NCBI GenBank assembly: GCA_039715015.1
Contig: JBDLIE010000005.1
Location: 1-64,000, forward strand
From: Thermodesulfobacteriota bacterium
GTDB taxonomy: Bacteria > Desulfobacterota > Desulfobulbia > Desulfobulbales > SURF-16
Length of the DNA stretch: 64,000 bases
Direction of reading: 5' to 3'
A program made the position numbers and the translations under genes. This document shows positions 1 through 10,025 of the stretch, piece after piece. Within the stretch, counting starts at the first letter, position 1. Every line of letters begins with the position of its first letter. Below the pieces are notes generated by a model. It was not told where the DNA came from. It did no database searches and saw only the letters and a list, made by a program, of their open reading frames with translations.

Positions 1-278
1 GTAATGCACGGAGAATGGCCTGGTTTTTAGATCGCGAGGACATGCAACAGCCCGTTGGGAAAATAGGCTACGATGATATTGAGAAAAGATTTTCAAAGAG
101 TAGTTTGTCGCCAGCACTTTTTGTCCTTTTGCTAAATAAGAGGGTGCCGGAGGACGTCGAACTGATGGATGCTTTGTCCCAAAAATATCCACTGACATCG
201 AAGGTTTTTGTCGGGCCTGAAAAAAATAAGCATATTATCATTGCCGTTTGGAGTGTTTCGGAAAATAAGGGGGGGTGA
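1..278 (+). CDS. 3' end of an unidentified protein (probably begins before the window)
   Basis: Frame is open from the window edge to the stop at 278; no recognisable motif. Confidence 0.45.
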   Translation, partial: NARRMAWFLDREDMQQPVGKIGYDDIEKRFSKSSLSPALFVLLLNKRVPEDVELMDALSQKYPLTSKVFVGPEKNKHIIIAVWSVSENKGG

Positions 279-411
279 ATTAGCATTTTTTCAGGTATTC
301 CCTTCGCTAACCCTCCTGATTCTCCCCTTCTGCCGCTTCCTTCCTCGCTGGAGTGGGGGTAATAACCATAGTTTGTATTGATTCTTTCTTATTACGTTGG
401 TAGGTGAAATT

Positions 412-2307
412 ATGTTTAATAATCTCGTACGAGGCGTCTTGCTTAATCGTTTTGTTGCCTTTTTTCATGATTTATCTGCCATCCCTTTTGCTTTGGCCAC
501 AGCTTTCTGGTTCCGTTATAATTTTGAATCTGTGCCGAACTGGCAGGTATTCTTGCAAATAGTCTCAGTCGCCCTCCCTGTTCAAGGTGTTATGTTCTGG
601 CTGACGGGTCTTTATCGGGGAATGTGGCGTTTTGCCTCTATGCAGGATCTTATTCGTATTTTGAAGTCAGTTTTGTTGGGCACGATGTTAGTTATGTTAG
701 TGCTATTTCTTGCCACCCGTCTCGATGGTATTCCCCGTTCGGTGATTTTGCTTTATCCAGTTCTGCTTATTGGTATCCTTTCAGGATCTCGTCTTTCTTA
801 TCGCTGGTTTAAAGATAGGCGGTTTTTCTTTCAAGATAAGGATAGCCAGAAAGTTCTGGTAGTTGGGGCAGGGCAGGGGGGGGAGCTTTTGGTTCGAGAT
901 CTTCTCCGGCATCCTGAGTATGAGCCAGTCGCTCTGGTTGATGATGATCCTGTAAAGAATGGGCGGGAAATTCATGGTATTCGAATACTGGGGACTATGG
1001 ATGACATTACGGCATTGGTTGAGATGCTCGGTGTTAATCTTGTACTGATTGCTATACCTTCAGCGCCCCAAAATATTTTCAAGCAGGTCGCTTCGATATG
1101 CTCTGAGGTCGGTGTTGAATGTCGAACCTTACCGGCCATAACTGACCTTGATGACCAGGATGTTGCTGTAAGTCAGCTTCGTTCCCTGACTTTGGAGGAT
1201 TTGCTTGGCCGCGATCAGGTTAAGCTGGATAGAGAATCTATCTCCGTCTTTCTTCGGGCAAGGCCTGTGTTGGTGACTGGGGCAGGTGGGTCTATTGGTT
1301 CAGAGCTTTGCCGACAGGTTGCTAAGGAGAAGCCGTCAAAGCTTATAATTTTTGATCATGGTGAGTTTAATATCTACGCCATTGACCATGAACTCAGAAA
1401 TGCCTTTCCTGATCTTGATATTGTCACCGTGCTTGGTGATGTGAAGAATTATGAGAGGGTGGATTGGGTATTTAAGAAGTTTCGGCCCCAAGTTGTTTTT
1501 CATGCTGCGGCATACAAGCATGTGCCCATGATTGAGCTGAACCCTGCAGAGGGGGTGGTAAACAATGTCATTGGTTCGCGTATTGTCGCCGATGCGACTG
1601 ATCGTTATGGTGCGGATGCCTTTGTCTTTGTCTCCACAGATAAAGCAGTGAATCCGGCCAATGTTATGGGGACCACCAAGAGAATTGCCGAGATTTATTG
1701 TCAGAACCTGGCAAAGCGTTCTGAGACCCGTTTTATCACCACCCGTTTTGGTAATGTGCTTGGCTCGGCAGGTTCCGTGGTGCCGCTTTTTGAAAAGCAG
1801 ATTCACGACGGTGGCCCGGTAACGGTGACCCATAAAGAAATCACCCGTTATTTTATGACCATTCCTGAGGCGGTGAGTTTGATTCTTCAGGCCGGTGCTA
1901 TGGGTGAGGGAGGCGAGATTTTTGTTCTTGATATGGGTGAGTCTGTTCGTATCCGTGACCTTGCCGAGCAGATGATACGCCTCTCCGGGTTGACGCCTGG
2001 GAAGGACATTGACATTGTTTACACGGGATTACGTCCTGGTGAGAAACTGTTTGAGGAGCTTCTTCACAAGAGTGAGAATCTGCGCGGCACACAACACCCA
2101 AAGCTCTTTTTGGCGGGCAGCCGGAAGGTGGATTGGCAGTGGTTGGAAGATGAGTTAGAGGAGTTAAAAGGGGCGGCCACCAGCAGGGATGTCGAAAGGC
2201 TTATTGGTCACTTGCGAAGGATTGTGCCCGAGTATGAAGGACCACATCTCAGTGATGTGAGTGAGGAGGCTCCGCAGGCGCTGAAGCTTGTAGGGGCGAA
2301 GAAGTAG
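412..2307 (+). CDS. CapD/PglF/WbpM-type nucleoside-diphosphate sugar 4,6-dehydratase (polysaccharide biosynthesis)
   Basis: N-terminal TM segments, GAGGSIG, HAAAYKHVP, STDKAVNP, MGTTKR, RFGNVLGS, GLRPGEKL; ATG at 412 after AGGTG. Confidence 0.95.
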   Translation: MFNNLVRGVLLNRFVAFFHDLSAIPFALATAFWFRYNFESVPNWQVFLQIVSVALPVQGVMFWLTGLYRGMWRFASMQDLIRILKSVLLGTMLVMLVLFLATRLDGIPRSVILLYPVLLIGILSGSRLSYRWFKDRRFFFQDKDSQKVLVVGAGQGGELLVRDLLRHPEYEPVALVDDDPVKNGREIHGIRILGTMDDITALVEMLGVNLVLIAIPSAPQNIFKQVASICSEVGVECRTLPAITDLDDQDVAVSQLRSLTLEDLLGRDQVKLDRESISVFLRARPVLVTGAGGSIGSELCRQVAKEKPSKLIIFDHGEFNIYAIDHELRNAFPDLDIVTVLGDVKNYERVDWVFKKFRPQVVFHAAAYKHVPMIELNPAEGVVNNVIGSRIVADATDRYGADAFVFVSTDKAVNPANVMGTTKRIAEIYCQNLAKRSETRFITTRFGNVLGSAGSVVPLFEKQIHDGGPVTVTHKEITRYFMTIPEAVSLILQAGAMGEGGEIFVLDMGESVRIRDLAEQMIRLSGLTPGKDIDIVYTGLRPGEKLFEELLHKSENLRGTQHPKLFLAGSRKVDWQWLEDELEELKGAATSRDVERLIGHLRRIVPEYEGPHLSDVSEEAPQALKLVGAKK

Positions 2308-2360
2308 AGAAGTTTGAGGATGTAAAGGAGGTAGAATGTCGGGGAGGTTGAGGAGGTTGC
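2298..2360. repeat. Purine-rich 9-nt-period degenerate tandem array (family B)
   Basis: gaagaagta gagaagttt gaggatgta aaggaggta ... ggaggttga ggaggttgc. Confidence 0.6.
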
Positions 2361-2364
2361 ACTG

Positions 2365-3498
2365 TCAGGCTAGGGAGAGGTTTGCCAGCCATTCGGCGGC
2401 TGAGCGTATTTCTGTGCCATCAGGATAGGTTGCTTCCCGGTTAATTTTACTGACGATCTGCACTTTTTTTACATCATCAAGTTGTTTGGCAAAGACTGCA
2501 AAGTTACGGCTTGGTTTGTTGTCTGACCATTTCACCTCGATCATCATAGTAGGACGTTCTTCCTTGGTGATCAGAAAGTCAACTTCTCTACCATCCTTTC
2601 TTTTGAGATAATAGAGTGACAGTTGTTCACCGTAACAGTCCTCTTGTCGGTGGATTTCTTTCAGGAGGGCGCAGGCTGTCAGGTTTTCAAGTTTTACGCC
2701 CGCATCACCCAGAACCTGCCCGTTGTCGTAAAAGTAGTACTTTGGTGCCTTCAGGATTGCCCGGCTTATGTTTCGGTGGAATGGGGGCACCCTGAAGATA
2801 ACGTACATGTTTTCAAGTATTGCCAGCCATCTCTTGATCGTTTTGTCTGAGCACTGAAGGTCCCCGGCCAGCGAACGATAGGAAATCGGGCTGCCTACCC
2901 TTTTTCGTAATAGCTGGATAAGGGTTTCTATGGAAGTGATATCTTGAACGTTTTCAAGATCAATGAGATCCTGTTTCAGGATTATGCCCAGATGCGAACG
3001 TTTCCATCGTTTGTAGAACCTTTTGTCACCTTTGAGGAAGGGCTCGGGGAAGCCGCCTAGATCAAGAAAGCGCTGCAAGGCTTCTTGTGAAGTGAGGGAA
3101 TGAGTTGTCTGTTTTACTTCCTTCATGTCAAGAGGATGCAACCTGAACTGAAAGAAACGTCCGGCCAAGGAGTCGCCAACCTTTTTGTAGGTATCGAGCC
3201 TGGCGCTGCCGGTCACAATTATCGAGGGAGGAATGCCTTCGGTGTCATAAATCCCTTTGAGCCAGGACTTCCAGTTTTTCAATTTGTGCAATTCATCGAA
3301 TATGATCAGGTTTTTTGCCCTGTCCCAGGACCTTTCGGCAAGACCCAGTCTGTGTTCCGGGTTGTCGAAATTAAGATAATCAAAGTTGTCTGTCAGCATC
3401 TTTGACAATGTTGTTTTTCCAGACTGCCGGGGACCGGTCAACAGAATAATTTTTCTGGGTAAATCATCCTGAATATACGTTTCTAGAGAGCGCTTCAT
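2365..3498 (-). CDS. AAA+ ATP-binding protein (AAA_14 + DUF4143-like, C-terminal PD-(D/E)xK-like motif)
   Basis: GPRQSGKT Walker A, IFDELH Walker B, TGS, SLAGR, GGFP, EVDF...IEVK. Confidence 0.9.
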   Translation of the reverse strand: MKRSLETYIQDDLPRKIILLTGPRQSGKTTLSKMLTDNFDYLNFDNPEHRLGLAERSWDRAKNLIIFDELHKLKNWKSWLKGIYDTEGIPPSIIVTGSARLDTYKKVGDSLAGRFFQFRLHPLDMKEVKQTTHSLTSQEALQRFLDLGGFPEPFLKGDKRFYKRWKRSHLGIILKQDLIDLENVQDITSIETLIQLLRKRVGSPISYRSLAGDLQCSDKTIKRWLAILENMYVIFRVPPFHRNISRAILKAPKYYFYDNGQVLGDAGVKLENLTACALLKEIHRQEDCYGEQLSLYYLKRKDGREVDFLITKEERPTMMIEVKWSDNKPSRNFAVFAKQLDDVKKVQIVSKINREATYPDGTEIRSAAEWLANLSLA

Positions 3499-3575
3499 TA
3501 TGTCTTTCTATGCCTGGAGTCCGAAATGGTCAAGTCCTTTTCGTATGATATGCCGAAAAAGACAATGTTGTGAGT

Positions 3576-3630
3576 GGGGAGAAAGTGATGAAGATTAGAG
3601 AGGTTAAAGGAAGAGAGAGGTAGAGGAAGT
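3576..3630. repeat. Purine-rich degenerate array (family B-like)
   Basis: gaagattagagaggttaaaggaagagagaggtagaggaagt. Confidence 0.45.
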
Positions 3631-4097
3631 TACGAAATAGCTCTCTTTTTGGGAAAGAGCTTCATGTGGAGGAAGCCGGAAGTGGCGATCATTAGTAGGG
3701 TGAGGGAGAGCTCCAATGTGCCGTGGTTTTTGGGGAGGATGAGGGAGAGGGTGGAGAGAACAAAGAGATACTGATATCCCAGGCGGTGGAAGCGCAGGAT
3801 CTCTTTTAAGATGTAGATGTTGATAATGGGCACCACCAGTCCGGCCAGGAAGGCGACGTCGAGCTTGCCGAAGGAAAAGAGGGTGATAAGCTCCTTGGCT
3901 GTAACAAAGGCAAGAATAAGGGCAAGTACCAGGTTGACAATCTGAAAGTTCAGTCTGTCTTTTAGGCTGGCTTTATTGTTGAGGTAAAACAGAGCTTTTT
4001 CCGGCTCTGCATCGTTTTTCATATCCTGCCAAATATCTGCTTTTCTTTGTCCTGCCAGCAGCCTTTGCTCTATTCTTCTTTCTATGGGGTCTGCCAT
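3630..4097 (-). CDS. Hypothetical membrane protein (about 4 TM helices)
   Basis: 155-aa ORF with GAGGA RBS and hydrophobic C-terminal two-thirds. Confidence 0.75.
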   Translation of the reverse strand: MADPIERRIEQRLLAGQRKADIWQDMKNDAEPEKALFYLNNKASLKDRLNFQIVNLVLALILAFVTAKELITLFSFGKLDVAFLAGLVVPIINIYILKEILRFHRLGYQYLFVLSTLSLILPKNHGTLELSLTLLMIATSGFLHMKLFPKKRAIS

Positions 4098-4175
4098 GGT
4101 ATCCTCTTGTTTTTACAAAACATTACTTGGCCACAATTCTATTATGACTTTTCGGTAAATCTAGTTCTGCTTGTC

Positions 4176-4204
4176 TTGCAGGCCTGATTTATTTGGGCTA
4201 TAGT
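4176..4204 (+). promoter_or_regulatory. Putative sigma70 promoter of the lipid cluster
   Basis: TTGCAG-17 nt-TATAGT upstream of the KS gene. Confidence 0.5.
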
Positions 4205-4289
4205 AACACGCCTCTAATAATTAATGCTTCGTTTACTCAAGCAGTCGTTATCCGTAAACGGTTGATCCAGAATTCTGACTCCTTATTCC

Positions 4290-5537
4290 ATGCCAAACCT
4301 ACCAGAAAATCAGCGTATAGTCATTACCGGTGTTGGCCTTGCGGCACCTAATGCCTCAAACCTGAGTGAGTATCGCCAGAAGCTTCTAGATGGTAAAAGC
4401 GACATCACAACCATTGATTTGCGTTATATGGGAGAGGCTCCAGCCGGTGTCTGTACCTTTGATGAGACAAAGTACAGGAAGAAGAAGGAAAATAAACGGG
4501 GAACAAGGGCAGGCTGCATAAGCGTTTATTGCGCCCAGGAAGCCATCCATGATGCCGGTATTGATTTTAGCGAGTATGGCAAGGACAGGACCGGCGTTTA
4601 TGTCGGCCTCACCGAGCATGGCACGGTAGAAACTGAGAACGAAGTCTTTAGTATCAGTCAGTTTGACTATAATACCGACTATTGGACCCATCACCATAAT
4701 CCTCGGACCGTTTTAAATAACCCTGCCGGTGAAGTCACCATGAGTCTCGGCATTACCGGGCCCCATTACTCTGTGGGGGCCGCCTGTGCTGCCGGTAATG
4801 CAGCGCTTATTCAGGGCCTGCAGATGCTGCACTTAGGCGAGGTTGACCTCGCCCTCTGTGGTGGTATCTCCGAATGTGTTGGTTCCTTTGGGATTTTTGC
4901 AAGCTTTAAGGCCCAGGGCGCACTGGCCGAGCATGAGGACCCCACTAAGGCAAGCCGTCCCTTTGATACCGCTAGAAATGGCATTGTTATTTCTGAGGGA
5001 GGGTGCGTTTACACCCTGGAACGATTGGATAAGGCCAAGGAGCGTGGTGCAAAGATCTACGGTGAAATTGCCGGTTATGCCATGAACTCCGATGCCCGTG
5101 ATTTCGTTTTGCCCTTTGGAGAGCGCCAGTCTGAATGTATGGATCTTGCCTTGAAGCGGGCGGGGATGAACCCCGAGGACATCACCATCATTAACACCCA
5201 TGCCACAGGTACCAAGCAGGGTGATGTGGAAGAGTGCAAAGCCATCCGCCAGATTTTTCAAAATTGTCCCAATACCTTTATCAATAATACGAAAAGTCAT
5301 ATCGGTCATGCCATGGGCGCTGCCGGTGTTCTTGAGCTGGCCGGGAATCTGCCAGCCTTTGATGATAATATGGTCCATCCGACAATTAATCTCGACAACC
5401 TCGATCCTGAATGTGAACTTCCTAATATTGTCGCCAATCAGCCAAAACAACTTGACAATATTGAAGCAATCTTGAATAACTCATTCGGCATGGTTGGTAT
5501 CAACTCTGTTGTGATCGTTAAAAAGTATAAAGATTAG
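4290..5537 (+). CDS. fabF: Beta-ketoacyl-ACP synthase II-like ketosynthase
   Basis: Cys-His-His triad: AACAAG, NTHATGT, GHAMGAAG; SRPFD, NSFG. Confidence 0.9.
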   Translation: MPNLPENQRIVITGVGLAAPNASNLSEYRQKLLDGKSDITTIDLRYMGEAPAGVCTFDETKYRKKKENKRGTRAGCISVYCAQEAIHDAGIDFSEYGKDRTGVYVGLTEHGTVETENEVFSISQFDYNTDYWTHHHNPRTVLNNPAGEVTMSLGITGPHYSVGAACAAGNAALIQGLQMLHLGEVDLALCGGISECVGSFGIFASFKAQGALAEHEDPTKASRPFDTARNGIVISEGGCVYTLERLDKAKERGAKIYGEIAGYAMNSDARDFVLPFGERQSECMDLALKRAGMNPEDITIINTHATGTKQGDVEECKAIRQIFQNCPNTFINNTKSHIGHAMGAAGVLELAGNLPAFDDNMVHPTINLDNLDPECELPNIVANQPKQLDNIEAILNNSFGMVGINSVVIVKKYKD

Positions 5538-5545
5538 AAATCAGG

Positions 5546-5639
5546 AGTTGAGAAGTAAGAATTTGAGTAATAAGAATGGTGATTCGATTATGAGGATTAT
5601 CCACCTTCTTACTTCTCAACTACTTATTTCTCAAATTCT
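5546..5639. repeat. Inverted 7/8-mer array, family A, gene-less site
   Basis: agttgagaagtaagaa (5546-5561) is the exact reverse complement of 5606-5621; second pairing 5558-5574/5623-5639 matches 16/17. Confidence 0.85.
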
Positions 5640-5656
5640 CCATATAGAGGCATCCC

Positions 5657-5908
5657 ATGACGCGCGATGAAATAAAAAATTTAATCCTGGATATCATTGC
5701 TGATATTGATGAAGACGCAGAATTCGATGGTTTGGACCCTGATAAACCTCTTCGCGATCAGCTTGACCTTGATTCTATGGATTTTCTTGACATCGTTATG
5801 GAACTCCGCAAGCGTCATCAATTACAGATTCCTGAAGAGGATTATCCTGAGCTTGCCACTCTAAATAGCTGTGTCAACTATCTCGAACCAAAGCTGAAAG
5901 ACAAATAA
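5657..5908 (+). CDS. Acyl carrier protein
   Basis: 83 aa, acidic, LDSMDF phosphopantetheine attachment motif. Confidence 0.95.
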   Translation: MTRDEIKNLILDIIADIDEDAEFDGLDPDKPLRDQLDLDSMDFLDIVMELRKRHQLQIPEEDYPELATLNSCVNYLEPKLKDK

Positions 5909-5912
5909 GAAT

Positions 5913-7289
5913 TTGGCTGACTACCAGCTTGTCATAATCGGCGCAGGTCTTTCCGGCCTCGCCTCCGGCATACGTGCTGCCCGTTTTGGTTTAAAGACCC
6001 TCATCCTTGAGCAGCATTCACTTCCCGGTGGATTAAACTCCTATTATTTCCGTAAAGGTTTCTTGCTTGAAACCGGCCTCCATGCAATGACCAACTATGC
6101 AGAGGCTGGCGATAAACGTGCACCTTTAAATCGTCTCTTTCGGCAACTGAAGTTGTCGCGCAAGAAATTCGCTACCCACCAGCAATTCTCCTCCCTGATC
6201 CGCTTTCCGCATACATCTCTGCAGTTTTCAAACGACATTACTCTTCTGCAGGCTGAGATTGATGAGCATTTTCCCCATTGTCGTGATTCCTTTCAGGATT
6301 TGCTGACCAATGTTGCTGATTACGACCCTTTTGCTCCGTCATCCTGGCGCTCTACCCGCCAATTTCTTAACAATCTGATACCTGACCCCTTGCTCATCGA
6401 TATGCTTCTGCTGCCCCTTATGGTTTATGGCAATAGCGAGGAGCATGATATGGACCTTGGCCAGTTCGTCATTATGTTTCGCTCAATATTTCTTGAGGGA
6501 TTCTTCCGGCCTGACGACACCATGAAGGAGTTCCTTGCTATGCTTGTTGAGCATTATAAGGGCTTTGGTGGAGAGCTGAGATACAAGGCTAAAGTCGAGT
6601 CTGTTGAACGAAAAGATGAAGAGGTGAAGGGGGTCCGGATCGCTGGGGGTGATTATGTCAGTTGTGATACCTTGCTTTCGACGGTGGGTGCACCTGGCAC
6701 GGCAAAACTTGTTGACTGGCCTAAAGAGCCCGCAAACTATGAAGGGCGAATGAGTTTTGTAGAATCCATCTCGGTTTTACCTTCTGCGCAGCGGCGTGTT
6801 CTCAATGCCGACCACACCATCATTTTTTATAATAGTCAGCAGGAACTATCATATGCCAGACCGCAAAGAGCTTTGAGTCCGGACTGGGGTGTTATTTGTT
6901 TCCCTGAAAACTTCCATGACCTGCCTAAACAGGATTTTTTTCAGGTTCGGGTTACCAATGCAGCAAATTATGATATCTGGAAGCAGACAAATTCTGAAGA
7001 ATATCAACAGTTGAAGGTAGATGCGGAGGCTCAGACCTTTGCAGTCGTATCTGAAATAATTGGGAATTATCAGAAGAATAGAGTATATCAGGATAGCTTT
7101 ACACCGCTTACCATTGAACGTTTTACATCCAAAGCTCAAGGGGCTGTCTATGGAAGTCCCGTCAAAATTAAAGACGGCTTAACTCCATACAGCAATCTCT
7201 TCGTCGCTGGTACTGACCAAGGCTTCTTGGGTATTGTTGGCGCAATGTTGAGCGGGGTAACCATCGTGAATCAGCAGGTCTTGAGGTAG
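5913..7289 (+). CDS. Phytoene desaturase (CrtI)-like FAD oxidoreductase, paralogue 1
   Basis: GAGLSG Rossmann motif, E..S.PGG, TPLT.ERF...GAVYG, GIVGAMLSG; TTG start. Confidence 0.85.
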   Translation: MADYQLVIIGAGLSGLASGIRAARFGLKTLILEQHSLPGGLNSYYFRKGFLLETGLHAMTNYAEAGDKRAPLNRLFRQLKLSRKKFATHQQFSSLIRFPHTSLQFSNDITLLQAEIDEHFPHCRDSFQDLLTNVADYDPFAPSSWRSTRQFLNNLIPDPLLIDMLLLPLMVYGNSEEHDMDLGQFVIMFRSIFLEGFFRPDDTMKEFLAMLVEHYKGFGGELRYKAKVESVERKDEEVKGVRIAGGDYVSCDTLLSTVGAPGTAKLVDWPKEPANYEGRMSFVESISVLPSAQRRVLNADHTIIFYNSQQELSYARPQRALSPDWGVICFPENFHDLPKQDFFQVRVTNAANYDIWKQTNSEEYQQLKVDAEAQTFAVVSEIIGNYQKNRVYQDSFTPLTIERFTSKAQGAVYGSPVKIKDGLTPYSNLFVAGTDQGFLGIVGAMLSGVTIVNQQVLR

Positions 7290-7786
7290 AAGTTGAGAAA
7301 TAAGAATTTGTGAAATAAGAACAACAGCTTCTTAATTTACTTCGTCAGCAAGGCAAGTTAAATGGCAGCAGCTAAAAGTTTTCAGGATTTGGTGGTTTGG
7401 CAGAAGGCGCACACCTTTGTCTTACGAGTATATCAAGTAACTACTGAATTTCCTGCAGATGAACGCTTTGGATTGACTTCACAGTTTCGCCGGGCCGCAG
7501 TTTCCATACCTGCCAATATTGCCGAAGGTTTCCGTAAGAGCGGTAAAGCGGATAAGCTTAGATTCTACAACATCTCCCAAGGCTCCCCTTGAGGAATGTC
7601 GATATTATGTTCTTCTAGTAAGTGACTTAGGATTCGCCGAAGTTCCCGAACTTGAGGTCTTGTTAGAGGAGGTGAGTAAATTGCTAAATGCTTACAACCG
7701 ATCCATACGGACATCATAAATTTTAAAAAAGATGCTCCACTACTTTTTTTACTACCTATTTGACAAATTCTTACTTCTCAACTTCT
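7288..7786. mobile_element. ~500-bp cassette bounded by 24-bp inverted repeats (family A) enclosing a four-helix-bundle gene
   Basis: 7288-7311 agaagttgagaaataagaatttgt vs reverse complement of 7763-7786: 23/24 identical; mobility is inferred. Confidence 0.6.
7362..7719 (+). pseudogene. Four-helix-bundle protein (23S rRNA IVP/S23/Avd-like), frameshifted
   Basis: SFQDLVVWQKA...ERFGLTSQFRRAAVSIPANIAEG...ISQGS continues as LEECRYY in the +1 frame; extra C in run 7585-7588. Confidence 0.85.
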
Positions 7787-7795
7787 CAGAAAACA

Positions 7796-9205
7796 ATGCC
7801 TTTCACTCCTCTTAACGAAACAAAAGATAAGTATGATGTCATCGTCATCGGCTCCGGTCTCGGTGGTCTTACCTGCGCCAACCGTCTAGCAAGTGTTGGT
7901 CACTCGGTTCTTCTTCTCGAGCATCATTTTAAGCTCGGTGGTCTTGCCACCTGGTTCAAACGTAAATCCCATGTTTTTGACGTGTCCCTCCATGGATTTC
8001 CTTATGGGATGGTCAAGACTTGCAAAAAGTATTGGACAAAAGAAATTCGTGATTCCATTGTCCAACTTAAGGATATCGTTTTCGATAATCCGCAGTTTTC
8101 CTTGAAAACAACCTTTGACAAGACAAATTTTAGCGATCTGTTAGTTAAGAAATTTAAAATTGCCAGAGGTGTGGTGGATAATTTCTTTGAGACCGTCAAT
8201 AAGATGAATTTCTACGACGATCTCTCCATGACAACCAGAGAGCTCTTTGAGAAGTTTTTTCCCGGCCGGACAGATGTCCATCGTTTTCTCATGGAGCCCA
8301 TCACCTATGCCAACGGCTCAACATTTGACGAGCCAGCCATTACCTACGGCATTGTCTTTTCAAACTTCATGAATAAGGGCGTCTTTACCTTTAAAGGCGG
8401 CACAGACAAGCTCATTGGCCTGATGGGCGAAGAGCTGCAGCGTAACGGCGTTACTATCTGCACCAAGGCCAAGGTGGATAAGGTCGTTGTTGAAAATGGA
8501 AAGGTCACAGGGGTTGCTGTGGGTGGCCGAATTATTAATTCCCCGTGTGTTGTCTCAAACAGCGGAATAACTAATACCATTTATAATCTTGCCGGCCGTG
8601 AGGCCTTTTCCGAAGATTTTTTAAACCAGATTGACACGGTCAAGGTCAATAACTCCAGCTGTCAGGTTTACTTTGGTCTGAAGCCCGGCGAATCATTCCC
8701 TGCTGTTGGTGACCTTCTCTTTACCTCAACCTCTGAAGAGTTTTCCTCCCAAGAGATGCTGAAGGCGGACACCAAGAGCCGCACTTTCTCTGTCTATTAT
8801 CCGAAAACAAGACCGGATGGCAAAGAGGATTATACCGTTGTGGCCTCCATGAACGCCGATTACGATGACTGGGCGAACATGACTGACGCGCAATACAAGA
8901 AGGCCAAGGAGGATATGATAGAGCGTTGTTTTGATGATCTTGAGCGCTATATCCCCGGCATTCGCAATAAGTGTGACTGGGTAGAGGCCGCTACCCCCAT
9001 GACTTTTAACCGTTATACCTTGCATACCAAGGGCACTTCCTTTGGCACCAAATTCGAGGGCCTTGATGTTTCTCGTAATCTTTTCAAGGTATTACCTGGC
9101 CTTTTCCACGTTGGCTCTGTGGGTATCATTATGAGCGGCTGGCTCGGTGCCATCAACTACGGCGTCATTGTCGCCAACGATGCAGATGCCTATCTGCGTA
9201 GTTAG
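7796..9205 (+). CDS. Phytoene desaturase (CrtI)-like FAD oxidoreductase, paralogue 2
   Basis: [29 protein letters not shown]...GTSFG, GWLGAIN. Confidence 0.88.
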   Translation: MPFTPLNETKDKYDVIVIGSGLGGLTCANRLASVGHSVLLLEHHFKLGGLATWFKRKSHVFDVSLHGFPYGMVKTCKKYWTKEIRDSIVQLKDIVFDNPQFSLKTTFDKTNFSDLLVKKFKIARGVVDNFFETVNKMNFYDDLSMTTRELFEKFFPGRTDVHRFLMEPITYANGSTFDEPAITYGIVFSNFMNKGVFTFKGGTDKLIGLMGEELQRNGVTICTKAKVDKVVVENGKVTGVAVGGRIINSPCVVSNSGITNTIYNLAGREAFSEDFLNQIDTVKVNNSSCQVYFGLKPGESFPAVGDLLFTSTSEEFSSQEMLKADTKSRTFSVYYPKTRPDGKEDYTVVASMNADYDDWANMTDAQYKKAKEDMIERCFDDLERYIPGIRNKCDWVEAATPMTFNRYTLHTKGTSFGTKFEGLDVSRNLFKVLPGLFHVGSVGIIMSGWLGAINYGVIVANDADAYLRS

Positions 9206-9231
9206 CAGCTTCCAATTTTATCATAGAAATT

Positions 9232-9972
9232 ATGTCAGATTTTAATGACCAGAAAATAGTCGTAACCGGCGCAACACGGGGAATCGGTGCCGCCATCTCC
9301 TTGGCGTTTCTTAGCCAGGGGGCTACTGTTATTGGCCTTTATGGCGGTAATGATTCGGCAGCTGAGGCCTTTCGTGGCCAATGTGGTGATAATGCCCAGC
9401 GTCTCCATCTCTTTAAATGCGATGTCAGTGATTACGCTGCTGTTGAGGCCTTCTATACCGATATTGAATCGCGGTTTGACACCATTGATGTCTTGGTCAA
9501 TAATGCCGGGATACGCCGTGATGCCGTTCTTGCCATGATGAAGGAGGAAGATTGGCGCCAGGTTATTGATATTAACCTTACTGGCGGCTACAACATGAGT
9601 AAATTCGCTGTCCAACTCATGATGAAGCAGAAGTATGGCCGTATAATTTTCATCACCTCACCCATGGCCCATTTGGGTTTTGTTGGCCAGGCCAACTATG
9701 CTGCATCCAAGGCCGGCCAGATTGGTATGATGAAGTCTCTTTGCAAAGAAACGGCAAAGCGTAAAATTACGGTTAACTGTGTGTCGCCAGGCTTTATCGC
9801 CACCGAGCTTCTTGATGATCTAGAGAAGGAACAGGTAAAGGCCTATAAGAAAATGGTGCCGGCGCGGCGTTTTGGTAAACCAGAAGAGGTTGCTGATTCT
9901 GTTCTTTTCCTTGCCGGACGCAATGCTGCATATATCAATGGCGCTGTCCTGGAAATTACCGGCGGTCTGTAA
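9232..9972 (+). CDS. fabG: 3-oxoacyl-ACP reductase
   Basis: TGATRGIG, NNAG, YAASK, VSPGFI. Confidence 0.92.
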   Translation: MSDFNDQKIVVTGATRGIGAAISLAFLSQGATVIGLYGGNDSAAEAFRGQCGDNAQRLHLFKCDVSDYAAVEAFYTDIESRFDTIDVLVNNAGIRRDAVLAMMKEEDWRQVIDINLTGGYNMSKFAVQLMMKQKYGRIIFITSPMAHLGFVGQANYAASKAGQIGMMKSLCKETAKRKITVNCVSPGFIATELLDDLEKEQVKAYKKMVPARRFGKPEEVADSVLFLAGRNAAYINGAVLEITGGL

Positions 9973-9982
9973 AATACCGATA

Positions 9983-10010
9983 CAGAACGCAGAATTCTGA
10001 ATTCAGAAAT
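9983..10010. repeat. 7-nt-period tandem array (family C)
   Basis: cagaacg cagaatt ctgaatt cagaaat; related cagaatt ctgactc cttattc at 4268-4288. Confidence 0.6.
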
Positions 10011-10025
10011 GCCTTTGTGAAAAAA

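Noticed and set aside
7362..7719. Diversity-generating retroelement (Avd-like gene)
   Set aside because: No reverse transcriptase and no TR/VR pair with A-specific mismatches; the torD duplicate differs at all base types
5913..9205. Carotenoid biosynthesis
   Set aside because: No phytoene synthase, GGPP synthase or cyclase; context is ACP-dependent
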